Assembly: GCA_011109175.1 (NCBI GenBank)
Contig: RDEW01000001.1
Span: 245,343-309,342 of the forward strand
Source of the DNA: Dicyema japonicum
Taxonomy: Eukaryota; Animalia; Dicyemida
DNA length: 64,000 nucleotides
Reading direction: 5' to 3'
In this document: in pieces, positions 39,125-52,372 of the stretch
Layout of the letters: each line of letters begins with the position of its first letter
Position numbering within the stretch: the stretch's first letter is position 1
The notes under the pieces: model-generated
The model's input: only the letters and a program-made list of their open reading frames with translations
Databases searched by the model: none
What the model was told of the DNA's origin: nothing
Position numbers and translations under genes: made by a program

Positions 39125-41995
39125 GTGAAGATTCTCTGTGACGATCTGGAGAGATACGACGCATCTATTGGGTGCCTACAAGAGACGAAAGTTACTTGTA
39201 GCCTTGATGATAACTATGGCGAATTTCGAATTATATGTAAGTCGAGCGACTTAAAACATTATGAATTTGTCATACACTCAAAGTTGACAAGTGTAGTCTA
39301 CCGTATATGGAGTGTGAATGAAAGGATCTGTGTTATACAAATCCGACTAAACGACTTACCTCATTCGAAGTGCTTTCTGACAATTGTAAATGTTTATGCA
39401 CACACTGCGGGCGAGTAGCATAAGATCCGACAGAACAAGACGACTTCTATTCAACACTGTTACGGACGTACAACGAATATGATTCGTCATCACTAATACT
39501 CATTGCTCGGGATTTGAATGCAAAAATCGGGATGAAGAATAACCCGGATGATGTTTTCTTGGGAGAAGATGAACGTGGAATAAGAAACCTATCCGCGACA
39601 ATACTTGGTCACTTTTGTAAACCAAACAACCTTTTCCTATGCAATACTGCATTTACGCATCCATCCACAAAACTACGTAAATGAGAAAGAGAAGGAACTC
39701 AGAGAGAATGCTAGTCCCAATACACAACCGAATAGATTATGTCATTTGCCGGACTAAAGACAAACACCTTCTAGTAAACGCTCATTCATATGAAGGCTCG
39801 ACGACTGTCAACGACCACAAGATAGTTATTGCAACCATTACCCTGAATAAACATGCCAGCAAATACATGAATTTCAAAAATCACGAATTTGAGAAAATCA
39901 GAGGCGATTACGCGACTGAAAGGCTGATTTCCCAACCGGAGAATACTGAGAGATATCAACAATACATTCAGACTCATTTGCAGGACGTATTAGTGGATAC
40001 CACGTTAAAAGACGCCTGGAAATGCACAAAGGACATCATCAACGAAGCTGCTGAAGCATGTTTTGGCAAAAGAGAAAATAGTAAAATGCACCTAAAGAAA
40101 ATTCATCCAGATGTTCCTGAACTTACGAAAAGTCTAAAAGAAATATAAATGAAAAAATCAAATGCCTCTGACTAATAAGATAAAAGCCCTTCAAGGCGAA
40201 TGCAACGTGCCAGAAGAAAAATAAAGGGTCTGAACAAGAAGCTTTTCATAGAAGAAATAGCTTCCTGTATAGAAGAAGTGAACAAAGTGAAAGACAACGC
40301 ACAGGTGTACGTCGCTGCCCGTTTGCTGCGGCGAACAAACCGAAGTAGACTACCATAAAAGACGAGAACGGTAAGCTGATACTGAACACCAAAGAACAAA
40401 ATGAAGCCATCGCGGCTCACTTTGAGAAGCTTTTCAACATCGAAACCATAGAAATCCACCCATTTGATGGAAGACCAAGACCCCTGGAAATACCAATCAC
40501 GGCCGATAAAATTAAAACGGCCTGCCGAAAACTCAAGAATAACAGAACCCCGGACCAGATGTGATAAACCCAGAATTACTGAAATACGGCACTGACCTCC
40601 TTTTTTAAAAAATCGCTACACTACAAATTGAAATGTTTTCAACTAACTTAACTCCACCTCAGGGTAAGGAACAACTAATCCCAATACAAAATACCAACAA
40701 AAACAGAGGACAGCTCGAAAATTTGCGACCCATCATACTCTAAATTCATCACGCAAAGTCTTGGCAAACATTGTGCTTTAACGAATAAAAGGATCTGCTT
40801 ACAAATACCTACCAGATAGTCAAATTGGTTTTCGAGAAGGGAGATATACAGCTGATGCGGTCTGGAGTCACAGATGTAGGTGTGCAACATATCAAAGATT
40901 CCGTAACGCCACCAATATCGTGGGAATTGACCGATCAAGTGCTTTTGATACAGTTAATAGGAACAAATTAATGGGGTACTGAGCGGATTTCTTGATGAGT
41001 CGAGTATAAGGATGACTCGAATTCTACTTTCTAACACTGAGCTCTTTGTGAGAGTTGAAAGACCTATTGAAGAAAAAAAGAAACAAACACGGGCACTTTA
41101 CAAGAAGACTTTTTTTCCTCTACTATTCACAATTTATTTGGAAGCCGCTATGAGGGAACTTAGAGCGCTATACAAAGGAAAGACGGAAGAAGTAATCTAC
41201 GCAGACGATTTAGACCTAATTTCTGAAGACGTAAAAGTTTTGGAAAACCTATTAGAAAAAGCACTAGATGTACTAGGGAAATGGTTTCTACTGTGAACAG
41301 AGAGAAAACAGAAATCACAGAGATAAGAAGGATGAGCAACGTCCTAGAAGAGAAGTGGTGACAAGTAAAGAAACTCGGTTCACTTTTGGGAGATAGCGAA
41401 GATACTAGCCAATGCTGTGTTATATAAACTAAAGAATCTATGGCTCAATCAAAAAGGCATCGACACGAAAATGAGAATCCTATTATACGACTCATTCATA
41501 AAACCCGTACTTTTATATAAAGCTGGAACTTGGGCGACCTCATCAGCGGATGTGGAAAAACTCGACTCGTTCCACGAGGTCAGCTGCGAAAAAAAACAGG
41601 AATTACTTGGCCTACGAGAATATTGAGGAATGCTTTATATAAGAGATGCAGCACTAGACCTATCACTTAGAAGTACTGGAATCCCGATGGAACCTCTTCG
41701 GACAGGTGCTGATGATTGAATTAACATCCCCTCCTAACATATCGATGGAAACATACCATGTTAGTCAACAAGGCCGCTATCGTGGAAGACCAAGAACAAT
41801 ACTGCAAAAAGTCTTACAAAAAGACATGGTCAATATCAAAAAAATCTAATAAATGCCGACGATCTGGACATCATGAGAGCCTTGGCTAAAAACAGGTGAG
41901 CATCGTAGAAGAATGACATCTAACCTTGTTTCTTTTGCTGAACATGCGGGGCTATAATTAGTATGGCTCTCGTGAAGTGCTTAAATACATAATAA
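39125..41995 (+). mobile_element. Near full-length degenerate RTE-clade LINE
   Basis: CLQETK, VNVYAH, NRIDYV, VNDHKIV, PLLFTIYLE, IYADD, KPVLLYKAGTW, RGRPRT; many stops and frameshifts; paralogous to 12700-14755. Confidence 0.9.
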
Positions 41996-42304
41996 GCGTG
42001 TCGTATAGTTTGACAAGAAAGTTTCACTGATAAATTACTCTTTCTTATCCAGATATTGTACATTTTTGAAGTATATAGTGGCCAAGATTTTCCTTGGACT
42101 AATATCCTCAGCGTCACCTACTGAGCCGAGTTTTTTTGTATGTCTACAGATTCGTCAATCTTGATTTGGGTCGTTCAAATCGTGTGTAGTCAGTTTTTGT
42201 AAACGTTTGACTATATATTATTATAGATATTAAATAAAAAAAATAAAAAAATCATGTTAAAAATTTAAATAAAATAAAAATTGACCTAATAAAATTTAGA
42301 TTAC

Positions 42305-42710
42305 ATGAACAGAACTATTAATTTATCATATTTATTCTGTTAAGCAAAATCGTCAAAATAAAATGCAATCGGAATTATTTATTAATTGATACATATGTAA
42401 TATATAAGAATCCTTCTATAGTATATATTTCATTAACTTAAGGAATATCCGTTATTTTGGTTAAAATGGAATATACATGTAGATAACTGGAAAACTTATA
42501 GAACGTATGGTTTTTTTCAATATAATATAAATTTTACAGTTATTCCACACTTTTACAGTGAGTTTTATACTATTGACTTTATAACAGAAATTGATTATGG
42601 TACGCTTTTTGTTATACTAAGGTGGTAAACGTTATATGTTATACTAAGGTGGTATACGTTATACGTTATACAATATTTATACTATTGACTTTATAACAGA
42701 AATTGAACAC
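42305..42710 (+). pseudogene. Truncated, divergent 5' cassette of the LAMP-like array gene (copy A1)
   Basis: Same upstream AT block and signal-peptide exon as 46230, but exon 2 reads EYPLFWLKWNIHVDNWKTYRTYGFFQYNINFTVIPHFYSE. Ends in short local duplications at about 42610-42710. Confidence 0.75.
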
Positions 42711-42711
42711 T

Positions 42712-45700
42712 TCGAAATTATTTCTGATGATAAATTGGAGTCAAAGATGATGTTTCAAGGGGCGAAAAAAACAAGCCTTGATAAATCAATACATAAACAG
42801 TCATTATTAAAACAAACTATTTGTTTCATGGATTGATGTAAAGAAGGCGTAAGGCTCTGTGGACCATGGTGTTCTCTGACATGCTTTAATTGTTCAGGCC
42901 TCCAATTGTCGATTGGAAGGTTTGTGAAAAGCCTTATGAACAAATTGAAATTTACTCTAAATTTCAAAAGAGATAGTACTGGGATGGTTAAATTATATCG
43001 TTGTATATTGCAAGAGATTCGTTGTTTCTGCAGCTTTTTGTGTTAGTCATTGGTTTTTTGCGGAAGTCTAAACAATAAATTTCCAAAATTATCTATGTCC
43101 CAAATAATTCATTATTGATGACGTTTACAACCAATCTCTTACTTTTCATTAATGGTTTTAAAATATTTATTGCAAGATCACAACGATGAGGATGATAAAT
43201 GGAATCTATGAGTAGCTCAGTGTTGTTGGGCTTACAAGGAGTTCTGAGAAGTCTGCCTCTTGTGAAGGATGTAAAATCTCCAGATGGACATACCTCGAGT
43301 TTAAAAGATCAAGCTGCATCATGAAGCAGGATGTTTTGAGAACAATTACAGAATACGTCAGATTGTTACTTAATGCTGAAATCCATTTATAGCAATCAAC
43401 GAGCATGCCCTGTCCCTTTATAATTACCACATTGGCTTAATTGAACCGATTGACTGTATTGATGTTATAATGGTATTTTAATTGAATATTTTATTTATTT
43501 TTGTTAAACTTGGGAGAGGTGTTTATTTCAATTTTTCATAAAATTGAGTGTATGTTGTTTCAATGTTTGGTGATTTGATAAGAAAGTTCAGAATTTGTCT
43601 AGATAAAATGGAATCCTGCGGGTCTTTAAACATAAGAAAACATATATGACAACATTCGCAAGATTCCTTGCTTTCAAGGACAAGATGGACAACCCAAGTA
43701 AGCTTTAGCGCGATCAAGAAAATGAAAAATCTTCTACGGATAGTTTCTGAAAGTCAATTTATCCAAAACTTATAATTGTTGCTAATAAGAAAATATTGAT
43801 GTATTTGGATCGTCTGAGTAGTCTGTGGAAACAATATATTTTCTTCTTCAAGGAGGTGCATATATTTGAACGAAACAGAATGTACGACATCAAGAAGTCA
43901 GAGACTGAAGACACATTCTGTCAATTTCATAATCTATTTTCTGAGTCGATATCCCGGTGGACACATCCATAAAGACAGATACTCATGTCAGGTTCAATAA
44001 AACTCGCGTTTAGGTGGTGAATAAAATTATACTTTTTGAAATTACTTCTCAAGAACAGCTCTTGATTTTTTACTAGAGTCACATCATGTGATCTACATGT
44101 CAGGTAACGCTCGTACCAAGCTGGCACTAAAAAGGATTATTTGTTCTCTCCCACTCCAATCATTAAATTTCCAACTCAAGAAATGTATGTCTTTTAACTA
44201 TTATGGTGGTTCACATGGACTCTTGGACGTCATTACCTATTTCTCTAATCACGTAAAAAGATGCATCATGTAGAACCGTTCTGGGAACGTTAATATATAA
44301 GAACGACAATAATGTTTAATCATTTGAGTTAACTCCTCAACTTTTTTTTAATTAAATCGATATTATTATTGAGCATATGAATTGGAGAGTAGAGTCCCAC
44401 AGGGATCAATTATGAGACATCTATTATTTAACGTTCTATTGGCCAGTTTCCTGTTTCAGATGTCATCAAGTATGAAATCTCTGATATAAGTAGACTACTA
44501 CAACTGTCTGATCTGTCGAAATTGGGTGTGACTTCGGAGAAAAAAAACGATGTAAATGTGAAAGAAATTTGAGTCTCGTTTGGTCTCCAATTGAAAAGTT
44601 CAGAAAAAAATCTAATGCAAGATTCTTCAGCGGAAATGGAGAGGGAATCAGCAACGCTCCCTATGTGGAATCGATTGTATGGAATGCCTGAAGTATCTCG
44701 GAACAGCTTTTGAAAAACTGAAACTGCTTAATAAAACTTTAAACTCAGAAAGAAAATAGCACACCAGAATCGAAACGGATATTTTCATTTTTTAATTACG
44801 GTCATTCTATCACTTCTCTATGGACTTAAAGAGTGATATTACACTGCATACAAGAAGTGTTTTATCTTCCTTCTTGAAATCCGATGATTACAGGGATCAA
44901 GATTGTCACAAGCGGCTTACGAGACTTTATATGATGACGAAGATTTTCTATTAGTGTCGATAAGAGAAATAACAGAGAAAAAAATGGCAAACTACCGAAA
45001 GGGGATGTCATCATTGACTTGTATGTCCAAACGGAATGAACCATAGAGGGGTTAAGGTCGCAGTAGGAGAGTCCAAGCTATTGCAGGACTTGTGGTAAGA
45101 AACCTAAAATAATACATTCTTTACATTCCTTTAATAATAAAATTTGCTAAAGTTAAAAGAAGGTTTAAGCTCATGAACGTTCCTGACTAAGCAGAAATCG
45201 CACAACCACGACCTGTCGATATGACTTCATTGACAGAAATCTACTGCTTTCTCTAGTGGTTTAATTTTAATGACGATGTCCCCCAAAATGTCGTCTACTG
45301 TAGAAAAATCCTTAGATATGCCTGGTATAAAACATAATATCCAATTGTCGTTGCGATGAGGTGATGCACATAAAATTAAGGGACGAGTATGCATCTTGGA
45401 TTCCAGCTCAATCGCATGCTATTTCAGCACGCCAAATTTAGAATCTTAAACTTATCACTGATACGTGGGCTAAGACGGTCCTTTTTTAGCAGAATTTACG
45501 AGACGTGGATTTCTTTCTTAATTTACGCGTTTCGACAGATTCTTGATTTAATAGGATTCTACATCAGAGATGGCATAGAAACCTTAGTCAATATTCCTGA
45601 TTGCAGATTTGTCAAGGAAAAAGGAAGAATTGAGTGAGAGGTTTGTTGGATGAACAATTTTCATTCTTAGATAATTTATGCTATCGTAACTAATTCCTGT

Positions 45701-45887
45701 GGGTTTTTTAGTTTCTACAGCAGCTGGTTCAATATGAACTCTCAAGCAACACATTCGTGAATTCATATTATTCTGCAAATTAAAGTTTTGTTATGAGTAC
45801 AAACAGAATTCATATAATGTTCCCACGTGTTATGTACGGCATATTTGTTTTTTTTATTCGAGTTATTGTGCCAATGCTGGTTTCATA
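42712..45887 (-). pseudogene. Degenerate large gene B, copy 1 (tentatively SZT2-like)
   Basis: Copy-to-copy differences are often synonymous in the minus-strand frames, and a 21-nt intron (gtaaagaatgtattattttag) is present. The segments FSIGDQTRLKFLSHLHRFF and FGILLFRLPQ resemble, from memory, SZT2 N-terminal motifs. Many stops are shared between copies. Confidence 0.35.
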
Positions 45888-46229
45888 TTTCCGAGAAAGT
45901 ACACTGTGTGAATGATTTTTTATGAGTAGTCGAGCAATTTCAACTTATTTTTTCCGTAACTAAGACTCATAATAATTTATGTAGAGTTTTTTCTAGTAAA
46001 AATAATTAATTTTTTAACGACTAGAAATAAAAAATAGTAATAAATTCAGTTCCAAATAGAAGTTTTCGATATTTTTGGCAGAGATCCGAAAAAGTGTTCC
46101 AAAAAAAGAAGTGTTCCAGCCCCGAGGTCCGTTCAAATCGACGACAGACTATATTAAATAATAATTAAATAAAAAAATAAATTAATAATTTAAATAAAAT
46201 AAAATTTGACCTAATAAAAATTAGAATAA
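45888..46229. promoter_or_regulatory. Putative bidirectional promoter between gene B and the LAMP-like gene (repeated at about 52034-52372, 55571-55920, 60211-60554)
   Basis: About 340 bp between divergent starts, conserved in all four units; duplicated aaaagtgttcca motif and an AT block before the ATG. Confidence 0.4.
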
Positions 46230-47544
46230 ATGAACAGAATTATTCATTTTGTCATATTTATTCTGTTAAGCCAAATCGTCAAAATAAAATGCAGAGAGAG
46301 GAGATATATCTTAATTGATTCATATGTAATTTATAAGAATCCTTCTAAAGTATATATTTCGATAACTTTAGCAATATCCTTTATTTCAGTTAAATAAGGA
46401 ACTAACAATAGATGGCATTAATGGTAAGTATATTCTATCTGATAAAAATATAAGTTTAAAATTTATTCTACACTTTTACAATGAGTTTTATACTATTGAC
46501 TTAATAACAGAAATTGTGTATGGTATGTTTTTCGTTGTACTTTAGGTGGTAAGCGTTATACTAATATCACAACGATTTCTAAAACAAAATATGGGGAATA
46601 CTACCGATGTGGTTATGCTTATATTATTTTTTCGGATAATATATCTCTTACATTTTATTTAATCAAATTGCAATATCACGATAAAAGTAATTTGTATTAT
46701 TTTACTGGAAAAGGTTTTTATCAAAATTTATTTAGCTAATGACTGTAACCCAAATAATGACCCAAATACGCCGATTTGGTTTTTATTTAACAAAAATAAA
46801 ATCCGAGCAGTAATAAGTGGAAATATCAAAATATCATATATTGACAATAACAAAATTGTACACTTTTGCATTGATTCTTAGATAACAGATGAGCATTTCA
46901 GTGATTATTACTATAATTTTTAACACGTGTTGTTAATCGAATCCATAAATATCTTTTGATTGGAGCAAATTCTAAAATATATATTACGGTGGATAAACTA
47001 GATAAAAAATATATTATTTATAACTTTTATGTTTGTGTTGGGCATGAAAAATCTAAATGCGTTTTACTTGAAAAGCAATTTAAACAAATTAAAATGGGAG
47101 GATATTATCAATGTGGACTCATCTCACAAAACTATAAAAATGTGACTATCGAAATTTCATCTCTTAAATTACAATTTTTCCGCAATGATCTGAGTTTTGA
47201 ATTTATTGGAGATGGTAAATAATTCCGGCTGAATTTTAGATGAAGGATGCTTTGAAGAACAAATATCGAATGAAATTAAAGATAAAAAAAACATTTTTAA
47301 ACATCGTAATAAAACCGACTAAATTTTAGATGAAATAAGTTTTGAAGAACTAATATCTTCTGAAAGTACATTTGTAAAAAAACTGACGAAACATCAAATA
47401 ATTGGAATCGTATGTGGAGTTGTCGGACTACTGTTGTCATTGATTCTATTTATAATACTTACTGCAGTCATTGCCAATATTTATATCAAAATGAAATCCC
47501 GTAATGAATCACTCTTCACTGAGCCATTCCTTAAGTTAAGCTAA
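46230..47544 (+). CDS. Two-domain LAMP-like type-I membrane glycoprotein, copy A2 (six micro-introns; one 1-bp deletion at about 46920)
   Basis: MNRIIHFVIFILLSQIVKIKC signal; introns of 22, 23, 22, 24, 25 and 24 nt; repeated motif KYGEYYRC..LQYHD..FTGK|ANDC and KMGGYYQC..LKLQFF..FIGD|DEGC; TM IIGIVCGVVGLLLSLILFIILTAVIANIYI; tail KMKSRNESLFTEPFLKLS*. Confidence 0.7.
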
Positions 47545-48189
47545 TTATGATTCTCTTTCGGTTAAATTGGGTTAATGGTTTAATTTACTTAAATAATCAC
47601 TTATCAATTCTCATGATGGCAGCTGAGATTCAACAATTATCGTGGTCCACGGCCAGATATTTTCTTTAACTTGATTCCAGTTCTCTTACTTGATTCGATT
47701 TCATAAAATTTTTTTTACATTAATATACAAAATTAAAATTAGATTTTATAAATTTCATAGGACGTTATTCTCTTTTAATCTACTATTTTTAAGATAATAT
47801 TTCAAATGAAACGAATGGTTATTTAGTAGCTTGATAGAGATGCTAATAATATAGGCTTAGTAGACTATTTCATGCTGCACGCTTGGCGTATATAAAATAT
47901 CCAGCTGCAAACTTTAAAATTTATTTTTAAGAAGTTGAAATTATTTAGAAGTAATCTGCTGAATTGATTGAATGGTGACGATATCTCTATTGAACTATGT
48001 CTTATTCTTATTCTTTGGTAACTTTCAACTGCAGAGGACTTAAACAACCTCACAAGAACTACCAACTGATATGCGATTTAGCCACAAGTAAAGGATAGAA
48101 CCTGGCCTATGAATATCTCTAATGTAAACCTTCATAATAAATCAAAATCGACGTGAGGTCAGATGATATTTTTAATTAAGACATTCCAA

Positions 48190-48440
48190 TGACCAAGTCC
48201 TTCAAATTTCGTAATAGTCAACTACTTCGCACACAAAAGTGACTGATTTCCCGTAAGACCAAGAACATACTTCCGACTATCTTGAACAAGACCTATCGAC
48301 TATCCACGCCCAAAATCCTAAAATCACTCTTGTATCGTTGACACAAGGCACATATCCACCAGTGGGACCAAACAGCATCTGCAATGCGAGAGTCCCTTTC
48401 TGAACCCACTCTGTCCCGGCTTCAAAAATTAATAAACATA
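48190..48440 (+). mobile_element. RTE LINE 3' fragment within the repeat arm (inverted copy about 49822-50015)
   Basis: R.RPRT.LPTILNKDL-like remnant ending in an A-rich tail. Confidence 0.55.
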
Positions 48441-50719
48441 AAAAGATATCAGACTAAGAAATATCAAAGATTGTATTTTCCTCAATATTCCCATAATGTC
48501 ACAGGTCTTAGATTTTTTATCGCTCCCTTGTTTTTTTCTGGTTTATGCTGAAAAATCAAAATTCCATCAGCAAGTTTCAAGGGAGAATGTGTCTCAAATA
48601 CTTTCAAGGGAGAATGTGAAGTGACAAACTTAGGAGGTTGAAATGGAGAAAATCCTTGCTGTCAATATTTTCCGTTCTCTATTGAGGCTTTGCACAATTC
48701 ACTCACTCATAGATAAATTAACAGTTTCGTAAGCGTATAACCCATTTAGAAATGATGGAAGTTGTAAAAATGTGTGATTTCAGGAGGAAGAATTTTTCCT
48801 GAGTTCATGGTTTCAAGAGCAAGGGTCGTCTCAGGTTTATTCTTTTCAGTGACGGAAGTATTAAGGATTTCTTCCATATTCGTGGAATTTTGTATTTGCA
48901 TATCGAGTGGCTTAAAATTGGGTTATTGACTCAATTGTGTGGACCTGAATGCTTCAACTTCTCTATGTAGATATTATCTTCCTGGTATAACGTTTTCTTT
49001 ATAAAATTGGTCGTAGATAACACATGTTCAGTCAATGGAACTGCTTGTCCGGCCATTTATACATTCTTCAAAACTTATAGTAAGGGTTGTGGCTTATACT
49101 CTTTAGTCTATTTCTCTCCTTAATGAGGACTATTGTTTCAGAGCCGAATTTCTTGAAAAAAAACATATTGAGCGATACAGAATAACTTAAGCTCAAAATC
49201 AAACGGCCACGTTTTTTAAGGGGTGAGTTTATCCAACCTGACCAGTAGAGACAATCTTCAATGAAGTACAAAAGCCCAATCTATAAAAGCCCAAACTACA
49301 AAGCCCGAACTACAAAAGCCCAATCCTTCTGAACATGTTACACTGGATCATCAGGGATACTTGAATTGATCTCAAACTGAAAGACTTCTGATCTGGATCC
49401 CAAAATTTCCCATTATATTTGTCGCGGACTGTCTATGTCACTGCATTGAAAAGGCATTCGATTCGGACGATTCTAAGAAATGGGTACGATTATTTTATTT
49501 CCCATTAACGCTATACATACCCCGTATGAGGTGGAACGAAGAGAATTCACTTATGTCATTAGTAGAGAAGAAGGTCCACACATTCTTCTAACGAAACCTA
49601 TTGTAGACTCCGAAGAGTTCACCTACAACTCCCAAAACCATGTGAATCCGACACAGACAATCTCGGACACTTAGAGAGAGAGAGGTGCGATCCTTTGAAA
49701 GCTTTTGATTTTTCAGCATAAACCAGAAAAAAACAAGGGAGCGATAAAAAATCTAAGACCTGTGACATTATGGGAATATTGAGGAAAATACAATCTTTGA
49801 TATTTCTTAGTCTGATATCTTTTTATGTTTATTAATTTTTGAAGCCGGGACAGAGTGGGTTCAGAAAGGGACTCTCGCATTGCAGATGCTGTTTGGTCCC
49901 ACTGGTGGATATGTGCCTTGTGTCAACGATACAAGAGTGATTTTTAGGATTTTGGGCGTGGATAGTCGATAGGTCTTGTTCAAGATAGTCGGAAGTATGT
50001 TCTTGGTCTTCCGTGAAATCCGTCACTTTTGTGTTCGAAGTAGTTGACTATTACGAAATTTGAAGGACTTGGTCATTGGAATGTCTTAATTAAAAATATC
50101 ATCTGACCTCACGTCGATTTTGATTTATTATGAAGGTTTACATTAGAGATATTCATAGGCCAGGTTCTATCCTTTATTGTGGCTAGGTCGCATATCAGTT
50201 GGTAGTTCTTGTGAGGTTGTTTAAGTCCTCTGCAATTGAAAGTTACCAAAGAATTAGAATAAGACATAGTTCAATAGAGATATCGTCACCATTCAATCAA
50301 TTCAGCACATTACTTCTAAATAATTTCACCTTCTTAAAAATAAATATTAAGGTTTGCAGCTGGATATTTTATTTACGCCAAGTGTGCAGCATGAAAAAGT
50401 CTACTAAGCCTATATTATTAGCATCTCTATCAAGCTACTGAATAACCATTCGTTTCATTTGAAATATTATCTTAAAAATAGTAGATTAAAAGAGAATAAC
50501 GTCCTATGAAATTTATAAAATCTAATTTTAATTTTGTATATTAATGTAAAAAAAATTTTATGAAATCGAATCAAGTAAGAGAACTGGAATCAAGTTAAAG
50601 AAAATATCTGGCCGTGGACCACGATAATTGTTGAATCTCAGCTGCCATCATGAGAATTGATAAGTGATTATTTAAGTAAATTAAACCATTAACCCAATTT
50701 AACCGAAAGAGAATCATAA

Positions 50720-52033
50720 TTAGCTTAACTTAAGGAATGGCTCAGTGAAGAGTGATTCATTACGGGATTTCATTTTGATATAAATATTGGCAATGACTGC
50801 AGTAAGTATTATAAATAGAATCAATGACAACAGTAGTCCGACAACTCCACATACGATTCCAATTATTTGATGTTTCGTCAGTTTTTTTACAAATGTACTT
50901 TCAGAAGATATTAGTTCTTCAAAACTTATTTCATCTAAAATTTAGTCGGTTTTATTACGATGTTTAAATATGTTTTTTTTGTCTTTAATTTCATTCGATA
51001 TTTGTTCTTCAAAGCATCCTTCATCTAAAATTCAGCCGAATTTATTTACCTTCTCCAATAAATTCAAAATTCAGATCATTGCGGAAAAATTGTAATTTAA
51101 GAGATGAAATTTCGATAGTCACATTTTTATAGTTTTGTGAAATGAGTCCACATTTATAATATCCTCCCATTTTAATTTGTTTAAATTGCTTTTCAAGTAA
51201 AACACATTTAGATTTTTTATGTCCAACACAAACATAAAAGTTATAAATAATATATTTTTTATCTAGTTTTTCCACCGTAATAAATATTTTAGAATTTGCA
51301 CCAATCAAAAGATATTTATGGATTCCATTAACAACACTTGTTGAAAAATTACCGTGATTATAATTGAAATGCTCGTCTGTTATCTAAGAATCAATGCAAA
51401 CGTGTACAGTTTCGTTATTGTCAATATATAATATTTTGATAATTCCACTTATTACTGCTCCGATTCTATTTTTGTTAAATAAAAACCAAATCTGCGTATC
51501 TGGGTCATTTTTTGGGTTACAGTCGTTAGCTAGATAAATTTTAATAAAAACCTTTTCCAGTAAAATGATACAAATGACTTTTATCGTGATATTGCAATTT
51601 GATTGAATAAAATGTAACAGATATATTATTCGAAAAACTAATATAAGCATAACTACATCTGTAGTATTCCCCATATTTAGTTTTAGAAATCGTTGTGATA
51701 TTAGTATAACGCTTACCTCCTAAAGTACAACGAAAAACATACCATAAGCAATTTCTGTTATTAAGTCAATAGTATAAAACTCATTGTAAAAGTGTAGAAT
51801 AAATTTAAAACTTATATGTTTATCAAAAAATATACTTACCATTAATGCCATTTAATGTTAGATCCTCAGTTAACTGAAATAAAGGATATTGCTAAAGTTA
51901 TCTAAATATATACTTTAGAAGGATTTTTAAAAATTATATATGAATCAATTAAGATATATCTCCTCTCTCTGCATTTTATTTTGACGATTTGGCTTAACAG
52001 AATAAATATGACAAAATGAATAATTCTGTTCAT
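50720..52033 (-). CDS. LAMP-like gene copy A3 (2-bp deletion at about 51825)
   Basis: Inverted copy of A2; ORFs 51042-51308 and 51384-51674 are identical to those of A5. Confidence 0.65.
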
Positions 52034-52372
52034 TTATTCTAATTTTTATTAGGTCAAATTTTATTTTATTTAAATTATTAATTAATTTTTTTTTTAATTA
52101 TTATTAAATATAGTCTGTCGTCGATTTGAAACTGACCTCGGGGCTGGAACACCAGTTTTTGGAACACTTTTTCGGATCTCTGCCAAAAATATCGAAAACT
52201 TCGATTTGGAACAAAATTTATTACTATTTTTTATTTCTAGTCGTTAAAAAATTAATTTTTTACTAGAAAAAACTCTTCATAAATTATTATGAGTCTTAGT
52301 TACGGAAAAAATAAGTTGAAATTGCTCGACTACTCCTAAAAAATCATTCACACAAAGTACTTTTTCGGAAAT

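Noticed and set aside
42600-42710. CRISPR-like short repeats
   Set aside because: Irregular local duplications of gene sequence with no unique spacers; eukaryotic context and no cas genes.
42712-45887. Gene B as a viral polymerase or transposase driving the amplification
   Set aside because: No RdRp, RT, DDE or helicase motifs found, and it contains host-type micro-introns.
46688-46708. Second GT-TG intron in the LAMP-like gene
   Set aside because: The frame reads through, and a canonical 22-nt GT-AG intron just downstream (gtttttatcaaaatttatttag) gives the correct join.
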